The position numbers were made by a program, and so were the translations under genes. A stretch of DNA of 33,913 bases from contig CAXUUL010000089.1 in NCBI GenBank assembly GCA_964255285.1, forward strand, positions 1 through 33,913. The letters run 5' to 3'. The notes beneath the pieces were generated by a model. It did not search any database. It was not told the origin of the DNA and worked only from the letters and a program-made list of their open reading frames with translations. Shown piece by piece: positions 1 through 11,630 of the stretch (its first letter is position 1; each line of letters opens with the position of its first letter). The stretch is from Ionaspis alba. Taxonomy: Eukaryota.

Positions 1-7
1 TCCCCAG

Positions 8-387
8 TGCGAGAAACACTCCCGCCAAGAAGAAGCCCTCACGGCCCTCCGCTCCGGCAAGAAATTCGACGAAGTGGCGCGGGAGTTCTCGGAGGACAAG
101 GCACGGCAGGGTACACTTTCTCCTCCTTCCTCCCCCTCCCGTTCCTCCCAATCCCTCCCATTCCAATCCATTCCTACCCCTGCCGTCACAGCATAAACTG
201 TTAGTCAAGCTGATCACTTGGCAATTCCCCAGGTGGTAGTCTCGGCTGGAAAATCCGCGGCTCCCTAGACGCGGCTTTCGAGAAAGTGGCCTACGAGCTT
301 GAGCCGAGTACGGTGGGGAATGCGAAGTGGGCGGAGGTGAAGACGGGACATGGGTATCATGTTGTTATGGTTGAGGGGCGGAAGTAG
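8..387 (+). CDS. PIN4: Parvulin-type peptidyl-prolyl cis-trans isomerase (Par14/Pin4), 5'-truncated by the window edge; exons 8-110 and 233-387
   Basis: Spliced translation [85 protein letters not shown]. It carries the Par14 motifs ([13 protein letters not shown], GYHxxMVEGRK). Intron 111-232 is GT..CAG with a GCTGAT branch site. Confidence 0.95.
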
Positions 388-569
388 AAGGCCGAGGGAG
401 AGGGAGGCATGGGAGAGGGACGTACGGGGTGCCGGAAGATTGACAGGAGTCGAGGGCTACGAGGTGTCAAAGGTAGCGTGTATATGAAAGAAAGCTTTGG
501 AGTCTCGGGAGCTATGGTAGCTGTGGCTGGGTGCACTCCGCCCGGGAGCAGCCGTAGTATTTTATACAT

Positions 570-3561
570 TTAATAAATCTCTATGCCATCTATTACCCAT
601 CCATTATTACCCAGTCTCTCCTGCATCAACCCCTTGACGCCCTTTTCGCCAATCTCAGGCACAAGACGTACGAGGCAGAGTTCTACGATACCGAAGACGA
701 GATGTTTGTTCATGTATGGGTCTCCGAAAATATCCAGAACGTCCTCAATGTCTGCCAGCATCTGCTCACGCTCCTTCTCCGGGTCTGTTGCGACCGGATC
801 ATGGGAGCCATCATGCTGTATGGCGAAGAACCTTCGTGCAATGACGGGTGGTAAGATGCCGAGGATACTTTCAGCACAAGAGCGTTTGATAGCCCTCTGC
901 TGAACCAAAGTCGGTACTGCTCGGGGCGGAGCAAGGGTATTACCAGGGAAGAGGGAGGAGCGGAGAGTGCGGAGGAGCGGCGGCAGCACCGTGGGCGGGA
1001 GGACGTGCGTGGCGATGAGGTTGTGGAGAAGCCTGTTTCCGATAGAGACAATCACCGATTAGCTCAGACTGTCAATCGCAAACGGACTAGTAAGCCAAAG
1101 ATCATGCAATAAATGCCGATCGAGGACGGACAAGGGCAGGACTAAGAGAGATTGAACATGGGACGACGGAAGAGGTTCCGTAAGGCTGGAAGGTTCGGAT
1201 GCGGGAAGGGGGGGGCGAGACTGCGGCAAGGTTTCGAAAAAAGCAGGGACAGGGCCCTTATGCTGTGGAGTCTTTTTCTTGTCAAGGATCGTACCTTGGC
1301 AGTGTGTGTGTATGTAAACTAGATTACGGGGGCGTTGGAAATGTATCAAAGAAAGGAAAAGCAATGACATTTTTGTTCGAATTAATAATAAGCAGAGAAT
1401 GCGGGACGGGAAACGTTGAAGGTCCGCAGAGGCCCCCGACCGTGGGGCCAAGCCTTCGTGCTGAAGCCCCCGGCATTTGGTTGGGGTAGTGAAGCAGGTG
1501 AAGCAGTGGTGTGGTGGGTTGTGGCTTTTGGAGGGAGAGCAAGCTAGGATGGAAGCGGAGAGGACAAGTGGTGTAATGCACGGAGTAACGCGATTTGCGA
1601 CGGGAGAAAATCACAGTGCCCCAAGCGAACGCCAGGATTGCAGTATTGTTCGAACGTATGACTGCATGATTTATTCGCCATTTCTTGGAAAAAACAGAAA
1701 TCGAGGAGGAAATGAGAGGCACGACCGTTTCGGTACTTTGAGTTCGACGAGGCCATGGCGCTGAGTGTGGTTACACAGAGCCATGATTGCCCGGCGGTAC
1801 ACTCGGTGGCGTCGACTGAGAAATTGATGGGAACAAGGGCATTGTCCTCGTTGGACGAAGCAGGTATCATTTAGGGGGGTGGGAAGGGCGAAGATCATTT
1901 TTGCGCGATAATAGCGAACGAGTAGTGATATGCAAGAGAAAGGGAAGGGGGCTTCTTGGGGGGAGAAGGCTGCCGCTTGCCCCGCGCCCTGTCACACGCG
2001 ACGACGGAGACGATGCAAGTCCAACAGCTCAACGTAGTCGATGCAGGCCGGTGCGTGCGTGCATGCAGACAATACAAAGTCAAGTGACCGGAATTTCATG
2101 CGAGGACGGGAAGAAGGCCACATGCGATATATGCACCTCGTAGCCAACGAAATTGCAGAAGTAGGAAATCGAGCACACTCACTTGTCGACGAGTCCGTCA
2201 GTGGCACCCAGTCGCAATGGCCCACTCACGAGGTGGTGTTGCGTGAGGCACATTGATCCATACAGCCATGGCGTGCGCTCGGGCAGATCGAGCAACGACG
2301 CGATCAGCGACGAGATCTTGAAGCTCACAATTGGCCGTTGAGCCGTTGCCGCCGCTCTTTCCCTCCGACCATTTGCCGAGCACTCACTCTGGCCTCGTGT
2401 CGTTGACGTCGTCGGAGCTCGCGAGGGACTGGAGGATGCTGCGACGAGTCCGAGAATGAGGAACCGTACGCCAATGAAACCCAGGTAGCAATATTGTAGC
2501 ACCGGCCAGAACAATCCGGTGATCGCACTCGACCCGTTTCGCCTTGACTCTCGGACTGTTTTCTCGTCCTTGTCCGACAGCAAACCGAATTTCTCCAATC
2601 GACTTCGAGTATCGAGTTCTATCTCTTCACCTGTAGCTTTCGGTTGAAGGTGCGCTTTGATGTTCTCCACAACCCTCGTGATGCCCTCCCAGATCAACCA
2701 GCCTTGGCATGCCTTTCCTCCGATGCCATTGCCCAGTATCATTTCTCCGACGATGTCTGTGACCAAAGTGCGGAGACAAGCATTCCCCAGATCTTCGCTT
2801 GGTAGTAGCACGGCCAAAACGCCCTGCACAAGCAGTTGCCTGTACAGTCCCTCGTTCCTGGATTGCTCCTTCAAGGTCCGTGGCTCGTGGGCGTCCGGAA
2901 CCGGGGAGAATGCAGGATGTGGGACGAGAACATGATAGATCACTCTTGGGTCCGACTCAATTGGAGGTGGCCGCAGAGGCCGCCGGCTCGCCTTATAGGC
3001 TTTGTTTGAGGAATATTACTTAGCACAAGGATAACAGATTGTGGGAGAAGTTCATCACCAACCATTGACATGCCCCTCGACCAACTCCGGAATCTCATCC
3101 AATACCAGACTCTGGATGTCCACGCTGCGAATCCTTTGCTCGAGCGCCCTCGTGCAGTGTGCAATTATCCTCACCACCTCTTCCACAAATCCTTGGTCAG
3201 GTGTGATCTTGCCATACCAGCTGTAGACAAACTCTTTGACAACAATCGATATGATAGCGTACAGTTGCAGGTCGACCTCGTTACTGCTTGTGAGTGGTGG
3301 TAAAAGTTCGTGGAGTGGCAGAGGGTCTGTGGATCCAGGAGGGTGTGGGGAGAGCACGCGCCTGATCAACGCCGCAGCGGCCTTGTCCGAGTTGTCTGCG
3401 ATAGAGGAGTCTGCAGAAACGGCTCGCTGACGATTTCGAGAGGATGCTCGTGAGAGCTCTGGAGTTGTACTGCCCAAGGCATCGAGAGAGGTGCTGCTCG
3501 AAGTCGAGGCGGCTTTACGGCTAGGTAGTAGATGTGGAGGCAGTCGAGGTGGTTGTGTCAT
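570..3561 (-). CDS. PXA (PX-associated) domain protein; exons 3561-3063, 2999-2183, 1032-570
   Basis: PXA motifs LLPPLTSSNEVDLQLYAIISIVVKEFVYSWYGKITPDQGFVEEVVRIIAHCTRALEQR, YRQLLVQGVLAVLLPSEDLGNACLRTLV and C-terminal DVLDIFGDPYMNKHLVFGIVELCLVRLVPE. Introns 3062-3000 (GT..AAG) and 2182-1033 (GTGAGT..GCTAAT..CAG) both keep the frame (DK|LLHNLI). Confidence 0.88.
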
Positions 3562-4250
3562 CGTGCTACTACGCACAATGTATGTGACATCCTAACGACT
3601 CGGTCAATTCAACGGGCGATGGCAAAGTATATCGTTCTTCATGCGGTGGTTGTCCAGGGACAATTTTGTGGAATTGAAACGACGCACAGGCACGACTGGA
3701 AAAGTTGCGCTTGGCAGATGTAACGCCAGGGGTTTCGCACAGCCCTACGACGGCTCGTCCTTTTTATTACCCTTACTGATCAACAGTGATCTAGTCTTGA
3801 GCACTCAAGCAAAATAAACACGCTACATTTGTCATAATGCTAGTTATAGCTGAGGTCTCGATCAACTTTCTGTCACGTCCCTTATGTACCATTTGCTCCT
3901 TGCGAGCTATTCCATTCCACAAAAATCCTGTAGAGTCGAAGTCAAGGAGAACGCCGAAAAACCGAGAATAGCTGAAGTACGAAAACGTAGATGCTATGAT
4001 AGCGCCGCCCAAAGATAGTCCAGAAGTATGGTGAAGCCGTGAGGCTTGGGGTATGTCTTTAACAATGCAGTAGCTCGCAATTTCCCCCTATGTGTTATGG
4101 TGGTGGGTTTCCGCAGAATGGAATCCGAAGATGATATTGAATGACAGTGTTGAAACGACTAAAAGTCTGAACGTAAGAATCAATGACGAAAGAGTCGTCA
4201 GCTGGTGCGTAGAATATAGAATGATCGAACTGATAGGTCGTATGCAGGTT

Positions 4251-6051
4251 TCACAACGAGTGTATGCTCCTCTTCCGAGACATTTCTTTCTCTCCAACCA
4301 CCATCGAATGCATACCGCCAGGCAGCTCTCCCATGGCACCTTGTACCTTTAGCTTTTCCATAAGTTTGCCCATAATGATGTATTCTTGCCGATCTACCAC
4401 GCCACTGGGTTGGGTAGAGAAGAAGTTCATGACGAGTTCCAGGGCACGTCTTGCTTCGTCCTGTGAAGGCGGAGAAATTGGCGAAGAGATGTTACTGTTG
4501 TTAGGCGAGGAGGTGCTTGTAGACGGATGTGGCGGTGGTGCCATCAACGTTGGACTGCTATTGGGGTTCGGTGTATTGGCAAGGCTCCCAGAGCGAGACT
4601 GTTGGCGTAAAGCATTTTTGGCTGCCAGAGGCGGTTCTGACAGTTCCTCAACGGGAGTCTCTAGAGCAGGTGATGCCATAATCTGTTGAAGATGCATTGG
4701 GGTCAATGCCTCGGTAGATTCTTCTGTTGACGTAAACGTCTGCTCCACGCCAAGCATAGGAAATGTTTGACTGCGTGGTCTTATGTTGTTGGCACCAGCG
4801 GCGGACATCATTCTCGACTGCTGCGACGAAAGATAAGGACTAGCTCCGCAACTGGGGTCTGAGGAGAAAAAAGGCGAAGTTGGACTTTGAGGACCACCGG
4901 AGAACGATGAAGGTGCAGTGGTATCCGAAAAGCAGCTTGCTAGAGACGTTGCACTTTGGGAATGAGCATGTTTGTAATTGGCGGAGAAGTCAAGGTAGCT
5001 ATCAGGAGACCCTGTCTTCAAATTGTCGCGGCTTCGACTTGGAGACATCGGAGAAGGTGAGACAACACCCGAAGGCGAAATGGGAGAGATGCCATTCGGA
5101 GTTTGCGAGCCAGATTGAGAGTCTCCATTGGCTCCGTTGTCTGAATCATGCGCGTCGGAAGCTTTGCGAGGTTTGGCACCCAACAGATGATTCTTCTGCT
5201 TGAACTTCTCCAACCAACTATTACTGTTGACTTTGAGGTGGCTGTCAGAACTTCCTACAGTAGTGGCGAAAAAACGCGCCTTGTCGCGAATAATGCTGTC
5301 GTTCAGTGGCAAGCCTTGACGTTGGTGGTTTCGGGCCCAGTTGGATAAAGCTCGTTCAATGTCCGGAAATTTGCCTTTAGATCGTTTGATAGGCGACCTG
5401 CTACCGTCATCGGGGAACAGGTATTTCTCCTTCTGCCGTAAAACCTTCGATACAGTGCTGTCAAGGAGACAAATCAGCTTTTGATAAGTTGGGAGTTTGA
5501 AAATTAGATTCTACCTTCTTTCGACTCCGAACATTGCTATGACGAGACGTCAGTACAGGGTTAGATCAACGTCGAAGCAGAAAGCACTTACCTCCGATCT
5601 CTGTCTGTTTAACTGTAGGATTGTCTTCGTGATATTGGCACATTCTCCGCCGGTCCAGGTCTGTTAGTGTTCGTCTAGCTGTCGATTGCGGTACGGGTGT
5701 GGTCAGAGGTGGTAACGGATGTGCTGTTGTGAGAGTCGAGACCGGAGCCAGGGGTGGCGGGGGTGTTGGTACTGTAGGCTGAGTGTGATTCGATGGATTG
5801 GTCAACATGCTTGGCCATTGTGTAGTGATCAAGCTATGTGGCGACTGATGAGTCGAATAGAGCGGATGATGTAGAGGTCGATTGTATGCTGGCTCCATGG
5901 GAATGCCATGAGCGCTGGACATATATCCAAAGGCATTGTATTCCTGCGAAGGAGACTCAACGTGTGGTGAGTGATAGTCGTTGATCTCAACCCATTGACT
6001 GTTGCCATAGTCTCCATCATGATGATTTTCTTTCACCATCATGGGATCCAT
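4251..6051 (-). CDS. CENP-B-like DNA-binding protein (Psq-type HTH plus Tc5-transposase HTH, no DDE domain); exons 6051-5592, 5536-5515, 5457-4251
   Basis: Spliced sequence RRTLTDLDRRRMCQYHEDNPTVKQTEIG|AMFGVER|STVSKVLRQKEKYL...KGKFPDIERALSNWARNHQRQGLPLNDSIIRDKARFFA...SWLEKFKQKNHL is the tandem CENP-B HTH pair. It is followed by a Ser/Pro-rich tail. There are canonical splice sites around a 22-nt microexon. Confidence 0.87.
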
Positions 6052-7077
6052 TGTCTTCCTGAAGAGGGGCGGAACAGAGCTCGTTGCGTATATGCTTGCC
6101 GTTGAGGTTCTGGTCGTAGTTACTCGAACCAAGGTCCGACAGGCGCATGCGGATAGCCGAAGCTACGCTTCCCACCGTGCTCGACACGGCCGCGCCGTGG
6201 GTTCCTGGTCAGACTCGCAGCACGGCAGATTGCATGAGGCATGTGTAAGTAATCAATCGCCGATATGCACCAAGGACGGAAATGGGTGATACACGACAGT
6301 AGACGGACAGCTCATGGAAAGCAATTGGTAAAGAGAAAATTGAGGCAACAATAATATGCACGCAATTCGAGGTGGTTTTCTCTCGACGAGAGCCCACGCC
6401 GGAAGCAAGAGAGAATTGGGCTCTTGACAAGGAACACGACCTGCAGCATATATGCGGAGAACCTTAAGGCCACAGCAAGTCCAGTAGTCGGTCGTGGTTG
6501 GGCATTCCTAGTGGGTTTTTGGTGAGCGGGTAGGAAACTAAGGTAAGGGTGCTAGTGTGGGCTTTCGACATGGTTTATTTTACTTCGTCCAGCCCCATCG
6601 AGACAAGGTACTTACGGCAACCACGAAAGTACGGGACGGATGCTCCTTTAGACTCTAATGCTAGTCCCTCCATGGCGGGCAATCCTCAGCGATGATACTC
6701 CAGCAGTAACGCCAACCATCAATCGAGAAGGAAGAATGCGATGGGGGCGGCAACGAATAGAGGTGCGGAGAGAGACAATCCTGCGGAATCAGCACGGATC
6801 AAGAGGACCCAGGGCAGTCTGACTGCAACGCAATCACTGGCCACCATTCGGGCCAGAGAAGCAAAGGGTCGGAGAGCGGAAGAGTGTCTCTCGAAAGAGA
6901 GTCAAGAAGCAAGTCAGTTACATCGTACATGGGCCCTCGTAATGAATCAGCAACAAATCATACTCTCGGAAGGGTGGAAGTCGGGGCGTAATAATGTGGC
7001 CATGAGCGGTGCAAAGTCGCAGTGGGATGGCGGATGGGGGGATAGAAGATGGGGGATGGATGATAGGAATCGATTGT

Positions 7078-7100
7078 TCTCGCTCTCGCTCTCGCTCTCG
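7078..7100. repeat. (TCTCGC)~4 hexanucleotide microsatellite
   Basis: tctcgc tctcgc tctcgc tctcg read directly in the intergenic region upstream of the CENP-B-like gene. Confidence 0.8.
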
Positions 7101-8213
7101 GCTGTCCAGGGCAGCTAAACTTTTCCCTGCAACATGGGTCTCTGTCCACGAATTGGAGGCGTGGGCGGAGCGTAGTGTCTCACGCAAATGATTTCTCTGC
7201 AAATCCTGTAATAATGGTGTATTTATCGCGAATCGAAACGGAAAAGGCTCTCCGTTATCGCATGGAGATAAGATGTGGGTTGCTCCTCTCCGCTCTACTA
7301 TCGTTACACCGGAGATGCTGATCCAGCGAAGGTTCCATACGTATCGTATCATGAACAGTAGCAACGAATGACGAGAAGGATTCGCAATTTTCCGCCTCGT
7401 CTCCTCTTATCGTGGCCAAGTGCCGGCGGCATTTGTCGCAGGCTAAACTGCTTTGTCATTAAATCCAAAGTGTCAGATCCCGATGAAATTGTGGCCGGAA
7501 ATTCATTGCAAATCGGCCTTGGGGATCAGTGCTTCGCAACCAACCGACGCCAACTGGACGACGATGTATTCGCGTTCAAAACACGCAAGTACTGGTACGG
7601 AGTACATGAACCTTGATCGAGGTGAGACATGCCTCTTTTCAAGGCCGAGCCCTCTCCTCATCATCTCTGGGTCGTGATTCTCATTATTATTACTGCGGCG
7701 CAAGCGGCTGTCGATTCTGTCATTTTAAAATGTCATCGAATAATGGTGCATTTCCATCCCTGTCCCGCTCCTATTGGTCACCGTGCCATAAATGCCCTAG
7801 CCCACTTTTACCTGAATTGTTGCATCGTCGCTCTTAGTGTCCCAGTCCTTTCTCCAATGATGCGGCAAAGCATCCATTTTCGTCCATCGCTGTTTTCGGG
7901 CTATATTTGTCCGTCTCATCGCTCTGATCACCTGGCTATGTCCACTGACCTGTGCCTCTTCTCTGTTGCCTTTCGCAATAACATGATGCTGGCCACTACT
8001 GCTTCGAATGGCTGTATGCCCCGGAGAGTATTAGCTCCGTCGTTGCCGCAAGAAATTGTCTGCCCCGCCGCCAACTTCTGGTCAGCTGTACCCTAGGATG
8101 TTGCCCTGAAGTGCTGATCCACAACGGAAGACCGTCGCTGGCCAGTATCGCGGGTCTGGTCCGGCTCAGGATCGACTTAACGACCATTTGAAGTGGTCCT
8201 GCTCCTGCTTCGA

Positions 8214-9723
8214 TTATCGTTTTATGATGGTTACTTCATCCCTCATTAGCCATTTGTACTTGGTCTTGGGCTGTCAATGGACTCACTGATGTCTTCATCT
8301 GCCAGTTCATGCGTCAATCCCACTCTTTGCGGCTGATGTTTCACGGATCGTCCATAGACGATAGCATGCTTGAACTGCTCTACAATGGTCTTGTGAATGG
8401 CGTTGCACTGGATGATGCTTAGCATGTCACAACAGTGATCAGCAGAGAGCAGCTTACAAAGTCCTCCACGGTGCAAGCATTCTTTCTCAACACAACGGGT
8501 GTGTCATAGTCAGGAGATTTTCCTTTCGGTTTGGTGTATATTCGCCGAAGCTGAAGTGCATCCCACATCTGCTCCATCAGCTCATCAACATTCCAGCCAT
8601 GTTCTGAGCTAATTGGACAGGCGTGTGGAATTCTATATAGGAGGTCAAGTTCTTCGATCGATATGGAATCGATCTTGTTCAGGGCATATATGACTGGGAT
8701 ATAACTTCGGCTTTTGGCCTCGAGAACATCAATGAGGTCGTCGATAGTCGCATCACAACGAATGGCGATATCGGCGGATGATATTTTATATTCACTCATC
8801 ACGGCTTTGATCTCCTGCTCCAGAGTTAGAACTTGTTACATCCCACAGTCCACAAACTTACATCATGGTCGATATGTGATAATGGGACTGTGTTTGTGAT
8901 GCTGATTCCTCCCTTGTCTTTCTTCTTGAACACGATATTAGGTGGCTCCTTGTTGATACGGATCCCAAACCCCTCAAGTTCAGACTCGATAACTCGCTTG
9001 TCGGTAAGGGGTTTGTTGACATCCAAAACAATGAAGATCAGATGGCATGTTTTTGCAACAGCAATAACCTGACGTCCACGTCCCTTACCATCTTTGGCTC
9101 CTTGTATGATACCTGGCAAGTCTAGCATTTGGATGGCTGCACCGTTGTACTGGACTTGTCCGGGTACGGTTGTCAGTGTTGTGAACTCGTAAGCCGCAAC
9201 TGCAACTGGTCAACATTTGTATAATAATATCCATTTTCCTGACACTACCTTCGGAGTGCTGTCCTGTCAGTTTACTCATCAATGTAGACTTGCCCACGGA
9301 CGGGAATCCGATGAAACCGACGCTGGCGACACCTGTCCTGGCAACATCGAAACCAGCTTTTGCCCCAATCAGCAGCCGTTCATCAGGGTATGGTGTACGA
9401 GTACGTACAGCCACCTCCTCCGCCACTAGACTGAGGTGTCAGAAGTTCACGCTTAAGTTTGGCAAGTTTGGCTTTGAGTTGCCCTGAGGAGGGAATCAGC
9501 AGCAGTGGTGAGTCTCAGGAACCATTTCTAGATACCAAGATGGAATGATGTTGCCTTGCAAAAACATTAGCCAACAGAAGTAGAAAAGACTGCCAAGATA
9601 GCTGCTTACTTTATTTTTCTGAGTCTTGGACATCTCCAGCTCTATGTCTTTGATCTGTGAAGACATTAGGACGTGATTCGTGCAATGGTTTGATCAACTT
9701 GCCTTGTCCGCCGTTGTGGCCAT
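8214..9723 (-). CDS. RBG1: Developmentally regulated GTP-binding protein (DRG1/Rbg1; OBG-family GTPase with TGS domain), 9 exons
   Basis: [44 protein letters not shown]1 motif [17 protein letters not shown]3 motif [21 protein letters not shown]4 motif NKID, TGS domain IYTKPKG...[28 protein letters not shown]. Intron 1 is GC-AG, and there is a 19-nt exon at 9554-9536. Confidence 0.96.
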
Positions 9724-10386
9724 GATTGCGATGCGCTCGTTGCGCTGTTGATGAAGATGGATTCGATATCAGATCACAATAGAACAGCACAGAGGTCTCG
9801 ATCGCAGCTCGCGCTCGGAAGCTATGGGTTGCAGCTGGGGGTAAGAGGTCGAATAATTTCTCTGTTGCATTTCATAGAAGAATTTTGGCGGGGTTCCACA
9901 AGATATTTATACACCCCCTGGTTGATGCACCCACTTGGCGTACCTCAAATTGTCGTCATACTATGCACATCTTTTCCACAGACTACGATTTTCTAGGGTT
10001 TCACGGACTTCTCGAGCATTCAGTGAAACCAATAATTCATACCAGAATTAAGTTTGCCTGGGAGGTCTGGCATATAGTTCGCACGGTGAGCTCAAACGTC
10101 GGCGAACATCCTGATTGATTTCGCCGACCTAAATCTCATCAGTCCCTTCTTTCTCTTTGTCAGGTCATTACGCCTAGACTCAATAGCTTGTATGACATTT
10201 CTATCCATAGTTGCTATTGTCAGCAAGCTATTTCTCAACTATCATTCGAAACAATATCACTACAGCCCAAACACCGTCATCACTGCACCACTCTTCTTCC
10301 ACATTACAACATCGCTCTAGGCCTTGCCCCTACAATTCTTGTACTGGGCACATCTCTTTCTTTCCCACGATTGTTGTCTTCTTCTC

Positions 10387-11261
10387 ATGCCTTCACGAAT
10401 TGAGGAGTCTTCGAGTCAGTCTGACCGACGGGAGAGCAAAGGGCCCGATGCTTTCCATGGTCTCGTACAAGATCTCAGCAACACTCTTGGCCCATCCTCG
10501 GGTCTTGATTCAGCAGATGTTAATCCTGAAGACCTCCAAGCACTAATGGAAGGATACACTTCTCGTGAGAGTGAGTGGGCTCAATATGCATTCGGTGATG
10601 CGAGCAGAGCCTACACCAGGAACCTGGTTGACAAAGGCAACGGAAAGAGCAATCTTGTAGGCTTCGACTAACCCTTTGCCCAGAACTAGGACTAACCAGG
10701 CTACAGCTCATACTGGTCTGGACGCCTGGTAAAGGTAGTCCGATTCATGATCATGCCAATTCGCACTGCTTAATGAAGGTACGACACGATGATGGCCACG
10801 ATGGAAGTGGAACTGACTTGGCTTCTTGATGTAGATACTTCGAGGGTCCCTGATGGAGACACAGTATTACTGGCCGGAAAAGCATCAGGGCAGTGCTCAA
10901 GATCAGTCCCCGCTGAAGGTCAAGAAGGAGACCGTTTTCGAAGAAAACCAAGTGACCTACATGTCAGATCAGGTAAGCAAGAACCAGTCCTGACGTACAC
11001 TGACTTCCCGGCGGTTACTCACTCAATTTCAGCTGGGTCTTCACAAGATTGCCAACGTAGATACCGAGAATGTTGCGATCTCCCTCCACCGTAAGGTTCT
11101 CCCTTTTCATGAAGTGTTTGTGGATTCATGCTGAGGTCAAGCAAGTATATACACCACCAAATGCGATGAAGCTCGGCTGCCACATGTTCGATGAGAAGAC
11201 CGGTAAGGCCAGTCATATCCAGCAGTGCCATTTCTTCTCGGAACTAGGACGCAAGTTATAG
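10387..11261 (+). CDS. CDO1: Cysteine dioxygenase type I; exons 10387-10656, 10707-10778, 10835-10972, 11033-11090, 11146-11261
   Basis: [41 protein letters not shown]...|LGLHKIAN...ISLH|LYTPPNA. The 3-His iron triad, the substrate-binding Arg and the Cys/Tyr cross-link residues are all present. Confidence 0.95.
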
Positions 11262-11630
11262 GTCCCAATAATGTGGGAACTACATCAGGGCGGTCCTCCA
11301 GGCGGACTTTGTGGCGGTTCTGTCGAGGCACATCACAACATACGAAACTTTGCATCTAGATGAGGTACTTTTCCTCTCTTTTGGAAATTCATGTACATAG
11401 AACTTGGATACGGAGGTATTATTTGATGGGGAGGCCTGTTACTAGTACCATAACATATAGATACCCAACTTCATAGACTCTGCAAATATGTCATTTAGCT
11501 CTCACTCGAGTGCTCTTCTAGTACGTTCAAGCAGTCAATGTTGTTATACACGATATGCTGTCGTTCATGTATGCTGTCCTTCTTCGCTATCAGCCCATAT
11601 AGAAACATTATATTTACGCAAACACTCTAT

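Noticed and set aside
1059..2256. Several 60-130 aa ORFs inside the long PXA intron
   Set aside because: They are low-complexity, mostly start at non-ATG codons, have no recognisable domain, and no splice path into the PXA frame is needed.
4251..6051. Active pogo/Fot1 transposon
   Set aside because: No DDE domain and no TIRs or TSDs were seen; it is an intron-containing gene with host-like low-complexity regions.
6741..8187. ORFs of 125-155 aa between the CENP-B-like gene and RBG1
   Set aside because: No motifs, and translations partly reflect simple repeats (REREREQ, RSRSRS); probably promoter/UTR sequence.
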